64,000 bases of DNA from assembly GCA_009103225.1 (NCBI GenBank), contig RHPI01002048.1, positions 819,036 through 883,035 of the forward strand, in the 5' to 3' direction. Made by a program: the position numbers and the translations under genes. The DNA comes from Chlorokybus atmophyticus. Its lineage: Eukaryota; Plantae; Mesostigma and Chlorokybus algae. Under the pieces are notes generated by a model. It worked only from the letters and a program-made list of their open reading frames with translations, was not told where the DNA came from and ran no database searches. Shown in pieces: positions 12,952-26,186 of this stretch (positions within the stretch are counted from its first letter, which is position 1; each line of letters opens with the position of its first letter).

Positions 12952-14018
12952 TTGCCGTGTGCGGTTCAGGTTAGCCACACGGCCCAAACCAACCCAAGGA
13001 TACATACCAAGCGCACATATTCAGGATTGCATGTACAGTAGTTGCACGCGCACGGGCGCCCCCAATTTGATCCTGTCAGTGAAGACAGTGTGAGTAGCCT
13101 TTTTGTCTTGTCTTAGAGCTTGTTAGTGTAGTGAGTGATATATTCTTCAAGTGGCAATGTACAGAGATGCCACGGCGGCGGCTTGCAATGAATCAGAGTT
13201 TGAGTGTATAAGTTTGTGTGAGTGTCTGTCATGCTAGGTGCGTGCAACATGCGTGATAGTGTCAGTGTATGGTGCTTTCCGTTTATGTGCCCGGCGTATA
13301 TAAGGGGTATGGTACTATGCCAACATGCATGGTTTGCGGGCAATGTTAGTGACATGCATGACAAGTCACCTTCACCACTCACATAACAATCACCACCGGG
13401 CTAGTGCTACTTACGCTATGCTATGCTAGTACTAGCCCGCCCCGTTAGACATACAGCGAGCATGCAGAAGCACAGTACCTGCCCACAAGGGCTGCGTCCC
13501 TTGCTAACAGGCCTGTGTTACATACTTGGGCACCATGCAGCTGCGAACTATGACCTGGTGGGCGCAACTGACAACTGCGGTGACAGTATCCCATGATCTT
13601 GCACACAACGACCAGGGCATCACTGCTGGCTACATTTGGTGTATATATATCCACCTGATTGCAACACTGTCGCACTGCATGCAATGTCGGTATCATTGTA
13701 CAATATGACTGTATTGTGCAGCCGGCAGTCGCTGCACAATACAGTACACTTGATGTCTGTTTGGCAAGGTAATCGCAGGATGTGGTGGTTGCCACACTTG
13801 CAGTGTCCCACAAATCACTGTCTGACATAATGTTCAACAGGTTTAGCTATTTGCTTGCATGCCAACAAAGGTGGGCTTGCACAATCAACCCCTCCTCCTG
13901 CCAGTACAGCACCGACAGACAGCAAATTGTACATAGTGCAACGCTGCTGAAGACAACGTCAGGTTGTTCGATCAACATGCACGCACCAAGACACACGCAG
14001 AGCGCAAGTCAACCGTCG

Positions 14019-17000
14019 TTATGTTGTCCGCTTCACGGATGCCACTACGAAATGCCTATGTGCACTGAGGTCAAAGCGCACTTGCCATGAGTCGCCAGCA
14101 CCAGCCGTGCGGTGAAGCAAGTGCAGAGCAACAGTGTTCTTGACAGCCACCTGAAACGGCATCACAAGTCGGGTAAGCGACACGCTGACACCACACACAC
14201 GTGGCAGACACAGCTCCTCACCTGCTCGAGTGCAGCCAACTCTTGCAGAGACTCAGACTGCTCCGCGATGCGGCCCGAGCGTGCCAGTCGGGCCGCACAC
14301 AACCTCGCGCGCATGAACAGCTCGACGGCGATGCTGTACTGGAGCGAAGGAGGCGCCATCTCCAGGCTCATCTCGTACTGCTGGTAGCTAACGACCGGCG
14401 GGTTGTACACCTTCCAGAAGTGCTGAAACCGCTGGTCGAAGCGCTCAGCCTCGGTGTTGAAAGGGAAGTTGTACTTAGGAAACGCGCCGTCACTTTTGAG
14501 CTCAGCTATCATCTGTTCAAGCAAGCACAGGAGCATTGTAGCCAATCACAAGGCTGACGAATGCTCACATCATCTCACCTGTACCAACGCTCTGCAGAAG
14601 AGGCCGTGCGTCTCCAGCCAGAGCATGCTTTCCGTGAGACTGGCCAGCTCCTGCGACAACTTCGCGCTGCGCGGCGCCGTGCGGTTCTTCTTGCTCGGTT
14701 TCTTCTTCCCTGACTTGGCTGCATGTACGCAGCACATCAGCACCTGCTGCAGACAACACGATCTCTCTGCTCAATCACAGTGCCAGCGTACCGGCCTCGG
14801 CATCTGCCAGCATGAGCTGCTGGTACTCAGCTTCTACCGCGACGCGCTGCGCATGGATGTCCTGGCAGAGGATGCCGTGCAGGTAGTCCATGTACCAGTA
14901 CACCATGCACAGGTCGGCGGGTGCGTACAGGTCAAGCTCAAACCCGAGCGATAGATGGTACAACAGACTGTGAACGGCTCCCTGCAGCGTCCACGAACTC
15001 AACGCCCTCTCCCTCAAACCCTGCAACACCCGTGAGTCACACCACACAATCGCATTGCAACCACAGCAGACACGAGTAGCGCTGTGTTTGGTGACTACAC
15101 AAAGATGATGATGTTGTGTACCTCTGCTGCAGTGCTGTTGCTTCTGAGCCACTCGCAGCAGTCGGTGTCTTGCTCCACATGGCTGGCGTCCGCTTGCAGA
15201 ATGTTCCAGTCTTCGAGCACGTGGACGAGCTGCCTGCGCTGGCGCGCCACGTTGCGGCAGTACAGCATGAAGAGGTTGTTGGCCACCTTGGCCGCGCTCT
15301 CCACAAAGGCTCGCAGCAGCGGCGGCGGCTCCAAGCGCGCGGGCTTGGCCGGCAGCCGTAGCAGCTCGCACACGGCATCCGGGACGGGGATACGCCCGTG
15401 GATCTTGCCGTCCTCCAGCGCCAGGAGCTGGAGGACAGCAAGGAGGGAAGATCTTGGTCAAACTGCACAACTGCAATGCAGCTGCAGTTGCGACATGTCG
15501 TAATCACAATGGCTTAACACACTTGTTACACTCACTCACCCGAACGCGCGCGAGAGCCACGGGACCCGGCTGACGTCTGGCATAGCGTATGAGAACGTCC
15601 TCCAACGCCGGGATCGTGGACACCTCCGTCACCGCCAGTGCGGCGTGCAAGTCGTCCAGCAAGCCGTCAAAGTGGTCGAACGCCTTCTCTGTCGGCAGGA
15701 TGTCCACCCGGCGGGGTGGTGCAGGCGCCAGCAGCTTGTGGTTGGCGGCAGGGTCGAAGCCGGGCACGCTGCTGCTGGACTGGGTCTCCGAGTCACCCGC
15801 CAGCGGTTGGCAAGCTTTTCTTGTGGTCCTCACGTCCGCGAGCTCTGCTTTAGCTGTTGCGATGTGCTTGCGCGCGGTTTCCAGGCCCTTGTGGCGAGGC
15901 TCGTCTAGAGCTGTCCACACGCTTTGCAAAGTCTGTCGCGAGGGCATGTTGGACACAATACCAATCACATGCAGCATGTGACGACTGCCAGCCAGTTGAT
16001 AACATTGGTAGCACAGCAGACACACGGCAGAGACAGTGAGTCGTGCCTTTCTGAAGCGTATGCGTGCGAGCAAAGCACTGCAGTACGCCTCTTCCAGCAA
16101 AGGATTTGCTTGCAGGGGCTCAAGATGCGCATCTGCAAGCTAGCAAGCGTGGAGTGAGCGAGCGGGCACACCAAACACACGCGACAACAACAAAAGCAGC
16201 TGTGCGTAAGGTCAAGCAGTAAAGTCCTTTCAATGGATGTGCTGTTGCTGCTTGGTCGTGATGAGAAAGGCACCTGCTTTCCTTCTGCTGCTGTCCCCGC
16301 CTTGCGCGAGCCGCAGCAAGCGCGTGAGTTGCTTCTCAGCTAGGTCCAAGAAGGCGGCCGTCTTCGCGTCCGTGCCTCCTGGGTCAACGGGAAGCCCAAA
16401 AGTGTGCGTCGCAAAGTCTTCCTCCTGCATCAAGAAAAGCTCTTGCAATGCTACCGCGCAAGGTACGCGTGCAAGATAATTGGTGTGCAGCATGATGATG
16501 ATGATGACGACGACGATGACGACGATGACGACGATGTGTGGTTGTAGGCGTCATGACATGACGCACCTCGTGCACGCGTGCTCTGTTCATGGCAGCGCAG
16601 ACGGTATTGCAGGCGGTGCGAACTGCGCAGCAGTACGCGTGCAGGTACAGGTTGGGGGAGGTAAGCTCTGGCCTGTGCATGTACAGACAGGTGTACACCG
16701 TCTGCGCCAACGAGTGGCCCTGATGCCACGTGGCCTGGCAGCAGACACACAGAAACATCAACATGCCTGCGCATGCATCATATCTCGTTAACGGTCATTG
16801 ATGAGTTGCTTGCCTACCTCGCATGAGAGCAGCTCGTCCATGACATCGATGGTTTGTGCAATGGACAAGTCAACGGGTGCGACGCTGGCCGCCAGCGCCT
16901 CATCTATGGACGGGTAGCCGCCACCATGCATGCCGGCATCCATCTTTGGGTCCATCATCTGGTTGGGTCCAGCACCAGCACACACAATCGATGACCCCCA

Positions 17001-17513
17001 CACACACAAACAACGCACTGGAGCCAGTTGTTGCAGCACGCATTCAGACGCATGAGCACGGAATCTTAGAGGAGTTTAAGTAAGCACATGCAGGGCGGGT
17101 ACATACCTCAAGTGCGGACATGGATTCGTAGAGGCTGAAGTTTTCTCCATGCAGCAGCTGGCCGACCTTCATCTCTGCGCAACAACAGAGCGCAATGCAT
17201 TCACTCTCATTGCACTGCGACAGCACCTGCGCAGTAGCGTCTTGTGCTGCATGCAATCTCACGGTGGCAAGCATGCGCATGAACAATCAACATGCTACAC
17301 AATTCGGTGGACGTTACAGAGCGGCAGCTTGGGCAGCCAACCTGCGCAGACCCGTTCGACGAAGCTGCTTGCGTCCGCCCATCTCGGTGCCCACGGGTCG
17401 GACGACAACGACGACATCCTGACGCCCCGTCCGCCGCTGTCGTCGGTTGCTTGCGGGAGGTCGCCTGCGGCGGTGTCGGCCAGGACGGCCAGCCCGCCCG
17501 TGTGCTCCCCCAT
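14019..17513 (-). CDS. NAA35: N-alpha-acetyltransferase 35, NatC auxiliary subunit (MAK10), multi-exon
   Basis: Spliced motifs MKVGQLLHGENFSLYESMSALE|...MMDPKMDAG, TIDVMDELLSCE, ATWHQGHSLAQTVYTCLYMHRP, ALLARIRFRK, GLETARKHI, FNTEAERFDQRFQHF. The last exon is VAVKNTVALHLL...VKRTT* (TAA at 14019-14021). The start codon is inferred. Confidence 0.9.
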
Positions 17514-17687
17514 GCCGCTAGGATTCTTGACTGTCCACAAGCGCGGCTGTTGGTTCGAGGAGTAGTAGTAGGGCTGCCCAGTCCCTCGCGTGCATGGCGA
17601 GGAGAGGCGAGGGAGAGTGCCGCTCAGGCGCCCAGGGCGGCGGCGGCGGCATGGCGGACGACATCCACGTTCCCGCCACAAACGTGA

Positions 17688-17725
17688 ACTCACTCACTCA
17701 CTCACTCGGAGTGAGTGAGTCACTC
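17688..17725. promoter_or_regulatory. (ACTC)5-G-(GAGT)3 quasi-palindrome in the NAA35/NDPK1 divergent promoter
   Basis: Read directly from the sequence. A regulatory role is inferred only from its position between two divergent start codons. Confidence 0.4.
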
Positions 17726-17945
17726 CCGAAGCAGGATCGCTGAACCCGCGAGAATGTGAGCGTGCAGGATCACCAACCGAACGCGACGGAATCTGGATCA
17801 GGGATCCGTCTGAACCGGACTCCAAACCACCGAACCGCCGCTGCCGCCGCCGCCGCCGCCTCAGGGGTGAGGACTTTGTCGTTGTTGGCGGCGGTGCACA
17901 CGAGACGACGACAGCGCAGGTCGATCAGCGACCACTACGTCAGCC

Positions 17946-18936
17946 ATGGCCAACCCCATTGAGGAGCGCACCTTCGTCGCGGTCAAGCCAGACGGTGTCA
18001 GCCGTGGCTTGGTGAGTGCAGGGGCCGACGGCTCCTTCGACTTGTTCTTTGCCTGACCTCGGAGTGCTCGTCGTTACTGGGGCTAGCAGCGCGTGCGTGT
18101 CTGTGTGCTTCGTACCCACCCTGCCATGCACTCATGCGGCTGTGTGCACCCGTGCCCGCCAGCGCTCGCTTGTGTGTGTGCATGAGCGGAGTGCGGTACA
18201 GTGCCTACATGCGTCATGCAACGCATCATGTCAGCAGTGCAGTGCAGCACCGTGTTTTGGTGATTGCGTGTCATAGGCGGCATGCGACGCCCACTGCATG
18301 CATACACATGTAAGGAAGGGCGAGTTGTGATAAGAATATACCGGCCAAAAGAACAACGTCGTGTGTATCTGTAGCGTTCGTGAGGATTGTCTCAACAGGG
18401 TACTGGGGCAGCTGTTGAGCATACCAACGCGTGTCTGCCTTCGTCACGCAGGTCGGCGACATATTCCAGCGATTTGAGAAGAAGGGTTACAAGCTGGTCG
18501 GTATCAAGGTGATGGTTCCTGGCGAGGAGCTTGTGAAGGAGCACTACTCCGAGCACTCTGCGCGTCCGTTCTACGCGGGTCTGGTGGGCTTCCTGACGAG
18601 CGGTCCCGTCGTGGCGATGGTGTGGGAGGGCAAGGGCGTCATCAAGGCCGCGCGCGCACTCATCGGAGCCACAAACCCACTCGCGTCCGCACCCGGAACC
18701 ATCCGTGGAGACCTCGCCATCGATGTCGGCAGGTGAGTTAGCCTAACGGCTTGGACGTCTTTATTGAGTTGCGCATGTGCTGCGGCTTTGTATTGACTGT
18801 TGGTTTGTGTGTGCGCAGGAACATCATCCACGGCTCAGACGGTGAAGAGTCTGCGCAGCGCGAGATCAACCTCTGGTTCAAGGCGGAGGAGCTCGCTAGC
18901 TACGAGCTTGACAACAAGAAGTGGCTCTACGAGTAG
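17946..18936 (+). CDS. NDPK1: Nucleoside diphosphate kinase, cytosolic type, 3 exons, 154 aa
   Basis: Exons 17946-18011, 18452-18732 and 18819-18936 (465 nt): [17 protein letters not shown]|[15 protein letters not shown]...[14 protein letters not shown]|NIIHGSD...KKWLYE*. The catalytic His motif is present. Confidence 0.96.
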
Positions 18937-19808
18937 GAAAGAGTCGGTATGATGAGGACAGCAGCGACTCTAAAAAAGTCGCAATTGTTCAGAACTCTAA
19001 GACCAATTTTGTTGATTCGCTCGTTCCTTAGAGTTGCGTGACACACCTTTACACATCCCTGTGATAATTCTTTGTGCGCTTGCGTGTTGTAGCATGTTGT
19101 AAGTGTACCACTGTGGGCAGTTCCCTCATTGACCTCAACAGAGTCCCTGGCGACGAGGACTGCCGCGAATGGCGCTGCAACAGTGCGCTGCCAATCGTGT
19201 ACCTTAATGGAGAGCATATCACGACCAGACACGTCAAACGAGATGCACAACTCGAAAGAGGTGGGATTGAGGTGTACAGGCACAGCGTGCGATCAAACAC
19301 ATGGTTGATGTGCTGTAACTCTGCAGCATTCAGTCTGCGGCGGGGAGGGGGGTAACTCTGTTGAGGCGACGATTGGCAAACCAGATTGCGGGTGCAGGGT
19401 TGTGGCGTTGGGGTTGCAGGCTGTATCGCCAGGTGGTTTGGATGCAGTTTGTTCTGCAAAACTATGTGCGCGGCGGCCTTGTGCGGTGCGCATGCACAAG
19501 CGTGCAGCAGGCAGAGACAGGCACACCAAGCACTATCTCATGCATGCGTGCACACGGCATGCGCGCACACGGCTTGCGCAGACAGCACCACACATTGGGT
19601 TGGGAGAGGGTGTGATTAATGGTAATCCCATTGGCTAATTAGCCAACAACCTAAGGGAGGCCACATTGAGAACTGGCACACAACAATGATGCACTGCAGC
19701 AGCCTGTTGGAATGTGACCGTGGATTGGAACTGAAGAACTCAATCTAATTAGCGACAACAGCAAAACTGTCAAGCTCGTTGCTTGTCAAAGCTACGCGCA
19801 TCCCATTA

Positions 19809-21051
19809 CTACTCGTAAATCCACTTTTTGCAATCGAGCTCGTAGTCGGCCAGCTCGTCTGGCTTGAACCAGAGCGCAATCTCCTCCGCAGCGGCGTCCT
19901 CGCCATCGCTGCCGTGGATGATGTTCCTGCACACAGAAAGACACTACAGTCAGACAGAGCAGAACGCACGATACCTACTGTAGCGTGTGCGCGTGCCAGC
20001 GAGTGAGGCATGGTCCTGATATAATCAAACTGAGCCAAGCACCCTCCCAGAGCGTGACACGCATGCGCACCTGCCGACATCGATGGCGAAGTCGCCGCGT
20101 ATGGTTCCCGGTGGTGACGCGAGCGGGCTTGTGGCTCCAATCATGGTGCGTCCGTACTTGACGACGCCCGCGCCCTCCCACACCATCGCCACCACGGGAC
20201 CAGACGCCAGAAAATCCACGAGGCCCCCATAGAAGGGGCGGGCCTTGTGCTCGGCGTAGTGCTGCTCCACCAGCTCGCGAGGAGGAACAATCACCTTGAT
20301 GCCAACGAGCTTGTAGCCCTTGCGCTCAAATCGGGCAATGATGTCCGCGACCTGTGCACGGATGGGCCTTGTTGCGTGCAAGCACGTGATACATGCTTGG
20401 GTACGCAGAAACATGGATGCTCGCGGTTACCAGTCCGCGGTTGACACCGTCGGGCTTGATGGCGATGAACGTGCGTTGGTGAGTGTCCGCTGCCGCAAGC
20501 GCGCCTCCGCCTCCTGCTCTTGCCGTAACAACACATGTCAACCATTGGAGAGGCGAAGACTGTTGCGTCATAAGTCATCATCTGCACGAGCATGCCAACG
20601 CAGCATGTCCAGCCCCGTGAGCAGCATGCATTCTTCGTGTTCTAGAGTAGCAGTGCAGGTGTTGCTCGCTGTTCGGTTTCGTGTATGTATGTGTAGATGA
20701 ACCGGTCATCTACAGTTGGGTCTGCACTCGACTTGTTTGTTTGTGCATTCCGCGATGGTTCCATCGCCCCAAACACACCTGCAGCTGCTGCGAGTGCGGC
20801 GGCGGGCAGGATCCACGCCAGAGCCGGGATCGCCGAGGAAGTCGATGGCGTCGCCGACGACACGGCTGCCGCTGCGGAGGCGGCGAAGCGCCTACCCGCC
20901 GGCGCCACCACTCTCGCTGCGTGCCAACCGAGAGTCGTCGTCGGTACGCACTCGTGCAGTCCCCCAACACGCACGCACGCACAGCACCCTTACCTTGGAT
21001 CAATGCCGCAGCGCGCAGAGCACGCACGGCCAACCTGCTGCCCGACGCCAT
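19809..21051 (-). CDS. NDPK3: Nucleoside diphosphate kinase with an N-terminal organellar targeting extension (NDPK3-like), 5 exons
   Basis: [19 protein letters not shown]|[18 protein letters not shown]...[15 protein letters not shown] (Arg/Ala/Ser-rich presequence plus a hydrophobic segment), then [16 protein letters not shown]|[12 protein letters not shown]...[11 protein letters not shown]|NIIHGSDG...KKWIYE*. The subtype assignment is inference. Confidence 0.88.
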
Positions 21052-21336
21052 GATGAGGAGTAGTTCGCCGCCGCCGCCGCCGCCGCCGCCGCTGCCTTCG
21101 CCACGGAGACGATGATACTCGGTTCGTTAGGAATCTACTTGACTGCCAACCCGGCACTAACGTTACAATCGGCACAGCAAGCGGTGGTGGCAGCGTCGAC
21201 GTTGACTCGAGCTGTTACATCGACAGTGCGAGTCCGAAAATGAAATGAAAGCAGCTGCCACGGCCACGACGAGGAGGAGGCGGGCCATTTGGCGGCGGCG
21301 GCGGACAGGGAGATCGGCAAGACACAGGTGGCCGCC

Positions 21337-22830
21337 ATGGGGCAGCAGCAGCAAAAGAAGAAGCCTCAGGACAGGATACGGGTGTACAAGCCTGCGGTGG
21401 TGGGGGAACTGCTGCAGGAGGCGATGATGATGGCTCAGGAGGAAGAGGCAGCGCTGCAGCAGCGCGCGACCAGAAGTAGGCCGAGGTCGCAGGTACAGAT
21501 CTATGTCTCAATCTTGCTGTCTGTCCGTTTGTGCAAAGCTGAGTGGTGAGAGGTTGGTTATTATGGCTAGCTGTTTGTGTACTGTCTGTCTACAAGTACG
21601 TGACGAACAAGACCCATTGCATCGACTCGACGCATCACCGATGTACCCCGCATTGCTTGCCGTGCCTCAACTGGTCAGTCCGTGGTGGACAGGCGATAGT
21701 CCTTTAATAAACTTAGCAGTGGGTCCTGGGTGGTCTCAGGACGACGACGACGAGCGTGCGCGGAGGAGCGCATCGGCCTCATCGTCGAGACCGTCGTCAT
21801 CCGCATCCTCGTTGTCGAGCGCGCGTTACCCCAAGGTCGACGAGGCCGTGGTCCGTGCTATGCGTGAGCGCAAGCGCGAGGAGTACGAGGCCTGGCACGA
21901 TCGCGCCCGTCGCGAGACGTCTCGTCGCATGGCGGAGGCGCGCAAGCGTCGCGAGCGCGCGTTCATGGAGATGTACGGCGCGGTGCTGGGCGGCATGGAG
22001 GGTCGCTCCGACCTGCTCAACCGCGTGTCCGCGACCGTCCGCGACCGCGACGAGGCCACGCGACGACGCACGCACCAGCGCCACGCGGACTGGGAGAACG
22101 CCGTCTTCCTCCCCATCCAGGCACAGCTCAGCCATCTGGATGATGCGGCGCGGGCCAGACGAGATGCGCGGCTGGGACTGTACGAAGAGTACCTCGCGGC
22201 CACGCGCAGCAAGGCGGGCGTGTTCAGAGACATCGTCATCGAGGCGGACTACGACCCCTTCAAGCACAGCGCCTGGGACCTGCGCTACGCGCGACCCAAC
22301 GCCGCCAACGACCCAACCAAGCGAGACCTGCTCAAGACCGCGCGCGAGAAGAGACTACTCACCGGGGGTGGGGGCGGGGAAGGCGAGGATGTTGAGGGGG
22401 AGGGTGGGGAGGAGGGGTACCTGAGGGCGCAGGCGCCCAGGGAGATGCTGGACGCGAGACTCTGGAGCAAGCTGGGGTTCCACAGCACGCCGCACGGACA
22501 CCTGTTCGACGAACATGGAAACCCGATCAACCTGCGCAACAACGCCGTGCGGGCCAAGTCGTCGGTCGTGTTCGACCAATACCGCGTACCGCACGGCAAC
22601 TGGTACGCCATGGCAGAAGTGCCAAAGGGAAAGAAGGTGCGCACGTCAACGCTTGCTACTCACTGCCTTGCATTGCAGCACAGACCAGTTGTAGTGCCAA
22701 CATGCAAACCTGAAACTATTGCCAACAGGTGTTCCCGCGCCGTGTCGCCGACGTGTACGTGCCGAGAGGGAAACGCGCCATCACCAACGTGCCCGCATGC
22801 CTTGACCACCTGGCCATCGACGCCTTCTGA
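21337..22830 (+). CDS. Coiled-coil protein resembling the FAM228 family (cilia-associated), 3 probable exons
   Basis: Probable exons 21337-21492, ~21740-22636 and 22729-22830. Motifs HADWENAVFLPIQAQL, YEEYLAATRSKAGVFRDIVIEADYDPF, DPTKRDLLK and REMLDARLWSK...STPHGH resemble FAM228-like proteins from memory only. Confidence 0.6.
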
Positions 22831-23018
22831 TATTGCTATATACGAACAACCCACATGTGCAGCACAACGGCAGATACAGAAAGTCAGGCTAGTGTCGCGC
22901 GCATTGGGCTGACACAATAGTAAACACTGACTCAACCTAGCAACCACCTGCTTGTGTTTGTTCATACAGCAGCTGTGTCCAAGCACGATGACAAATCCCC
23001 CCCTCCCCCCCCCCTTCC

Positions 23019-23953
23019 NNNNNNNNNNNNNNNNNNNNNNNNNNNNNNNNNNNNNNNNNNNNNNNNNNNNNNNNNNNNNNNNNNNNNNNNNNNNNNNNNN
23101 NNNNNNNNNNNNNNNNNNNNNNNNNNNNNNNNNNNNNNNNNNNNNNNNNNNNNNNNNNNNNNNNNNNNNNNNNNNNNNNNNNNNNNNNNNNNNNNNNNNN
23201 NNNNNNNNNNNNNNNNNNNNNNNNNNNNNNNNNNNNNNNNNNNNNNNNNNNNNNNNNNNNNNNNNNNNNNNNNNNNNNNNNNNNNNNNNNNNNNNNNNNN
23301 NNNNNNNNNNNNNNNNNNNNNNNNNNNNNNNNNNNNNNNNNNNNNNNNNNNNNNNNNNNNNNNNNNNNNNNNNNNNNNNNNNNNNNNNNNNNNNNNNNNN
23401 NNNNNNNNNNNNNNNNNNNNNNNNNNNNNNNNNNNNNNNNNNNNNNNNNNNNNNNNNNNNNNNNNNNNNNNNNNNNNNNNNNNNNNNNNNNNNNNNNNNN
23501 NNNNNNNNNNNNNNNNNNNNNNNNNNNNNNNNNNNNNNNNNNNNNNNNNNNNNNNNNNNNNNNNNNNNNNNNNNNNNNNNNNNNNNNNNNNNNNNNNNNN
23601 NNNNNNNNNNNNNNNNNNNNNNNNNNNNNNNNNNNNNNNNNNNNNNNNNNNNNNNNNNNNNNNNNNNNNNNNNNNNNNNNNNNNNNNNNNNNNNNNNNNN
23701 NNNNNNNNNNNNNNNNNNNNNNNNNNNNNNNNNNNNNNNNNNNNNNNNNNNNNNNNNNNNNNNNNNNNNNNNNNNNNNNNNNNNNNNNNNNNNNNNNNNN
23801 NNNNNNNNNNNNNNNNNNNNNNNNNNNNNNNNNNNNNNNNNNNNNNNNNNNNNNNNNNNNNNNNNNNNNNNNNNNNNNNNNNNNNNNNNNNNNNNNNNNN
23901 NNNNNNNNNNNNNNNNNNNNNNNNNNNNNNNNNNNNNNNNNNNNNNNNNNNNN
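23019..23953. other. Assembly gap (935 N) flanked by poly-C tracts
   Basis: Run of N with C homopolymers on both sides. Confidence 1.
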
Positions 23954-24191
23954 CGCCCCCCCCTTTTCACGCAGCCAACCCAAACCAATCTGATACACGC
24001 ACACACAAATACGCGGCAGCTAATAGTTGTCCTAGTGCCACAGGCTGTGGTCAGCAGCTAAGGCCCCATTGACACGAGCAGGGTTTACAAGTCCGGGAGC
24101 TGACATGTTGGTAGTCCAACAGGGCTATGATTTGGGCAGCTGGAACCCGGCTGTTGAACTCCTCCAGGGGTACAACTGTACCCTCGTCGTG

Positions 24192-24680
24192 TCAACAGGA
24201 CGACGAGTCACCTTGCAGCGAGGTGGTCCATAGCAAGTGGTTGTCTGCGCTCACCAGAACTTCGTCGCTCACAATCGCATTGGACGAACTCACGAGCACC
24301 CCAAACGCCAGCACACCATCACCTGCCCACCCAACAACAGCGCGTGTTGTCAACAACACGCACACACGAACGCAACCACACATAAACAGACATGGTGCGG
24401 CCGGGGGCGTGCTCACTTAGGTTGTAGCGTAGTCCGGCGGTGTTGACGTGGCGTGCGGGGGCGCCGACGGGGATGAGTCCGCAGATAGGTCCCTCGAGGC
24501 CGCGGTCCGGGACGACGATGTGGCGTCTCCCGCGCACGAGCAGGCGCGCAGAGTTTGTGTCGCTGAGGAGGACAACGCGCAGGTGTGCAAACCGGTGCAT
24601 GGTGCTGATGTTGCTGAGCTCATGGTCCAGCCGCCCGCCCAGCGAACCAACCACCACAATGTACTCCCCTCCCTCCTTCC

Positions 24681-24715
<35 letters not shown>

Positions 24716-25805
24716 TCAATCAGCTGGAGGCACTTGTGCATGTCCGTCGTGTCCTGGTCCGAGTCGTGCAGCACCACAGTCCCAAGCCTGCCCCACAGCA
24801 GCAACGTTTGTGCTTGTGCCGTCCGCGCATGATGCGCACTACAATCATGCCCGATGCACACAAGTAGTTGCAATACGGGAGGGTGTTGGAGTATACCTGC
24901 CTGCTATAGTAGTCGCGCACATCCGGTCGCAGCGAGTCCAGATCGCCCTTGATGTATTCCGGCACAAACCTGACACAGGCAGGGGACAGACAGGGAGGTA
25001 AATGCAACATGCAGGTGGATAGGCCCCCAGGAGCAATGCAGAATTCACAGCGCCGAACTGGTTCGAGGTGGGACACCGACACTCAGCTAGAACATAGTCT
25101 TGGTTCACCTGGTGCGCACCGTGTCGGCGGGGACACCCGGAAACCACCGGGGAATCTCGTCGTATAGCCTGTTGCTCGCGCCGTCCGCGCACACGCGTAT
25201 AGAGGCTGCTCAGCACAAACCAAGGGGATGAGTTGGGAGTGCCAGCTGTGAGCGTATTGACAATGCGCCTGCCACGACCGCATGCAACCTTCTGGGTTGG
25301 CTTCTTATCAAAGAGGCAATTGCAAAACGACAATCCAAGGCTGATTGGACGGGTCGTGCATGCTGCGCGGTGTGATGTGTGCTTGATGATGCGTGAAATG
25401 GTTTGCACAGCGCATCAGTCACGATCAGAAGCTGCACTGGGGCATAGCATGCCAGTAGAGTAGAGCATTACACGGAAAACGGCGCCCTCAGGGCCGCAAT
25501 GCACTTGCATGCATGAGCACGCGATTGTCGTGCTCGTGATGGACTCAGACAGGGAACATACCACTCGATTGGACATCAATATCGCAAGACGTGGAGCACG
25601 CATAATAGCAGCTGGCTCTGTGGTTGTGATGGCCATGCCTACCCCTTTTCCATAGCTCTGGTGTGTTTTTCGGTAGCGTGAAGTTGAGCAGCAGCAGCGC
25701 AAACCCCCCCGGCTTGTCTCCTCCGTCTCCGCGCAGGAAGTCCGACCTGTGCTCCATCACCTCCTCATCCTTGGGAGGCTGGTCGTGGCCGTGGCCCGCT
25801 GCCAT
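24192..25805 (-). CDS. TPK1: Thiamine pyrophosphokinase, multi-exon
   Basis: FALLLLNFTLPKNTPELWKR|ASIRVCADGASNRLYDEIP, PEYIKGDLDSLRPDVRDYY, DQDTTDMHKC, GSLGGRLDHELSNI, EGPICGLIPVG...TAGLRYNL, SSNAIVSDEVLVSADNHLLWT. Includes a (CAG)n poly-Gln insert. Confidence 0.93.
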
Positions 25806-26186
25806 GCTGCTGCTGCTGCTGCTTTTGCTTCTGCAGGAATGGAGGAGGCCGCACGCACGTCGGTGGGTGCATACAGCCGGGTTGGCGAGGGGAGACGGCG
25901 TCGCCCTCAGCGCCGCCGCGGCCACGGCAGCCAGTCTTGGCGCCCGCGTCAGCACCGGCATACCATAGGACGGGGGACGACAACGCCTCGGCCGCCGCCG
26001 TGCACGCGTTGAACATCGACGACGACGAGGACACGGACACGGGCAACTACCCTTGTCTGAGGCGGCGGCGCTCATCGCACACCTGTTCAACAGAGGAGCA
26101 CTGCCCTTGTTTACAGCAGCGGCAGCAGCTAGAGGTGCGAGGTGTGGCAGACAGCGGCCGTCGCTTCCGTCGGAAGCGCGGTGAGG

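Noticed and set aside
13000-14010. Overlapping short ORFs between the orphan gene and NAA35
   Set aside because: UTR-like composition with no coherent splice structure, most likely convergent 3' UTRs.
22660-24072. Four long ORFs (355-448 aa) in the ORF track
   Set aside because: They are artefacts of translating through the 935-N gap.
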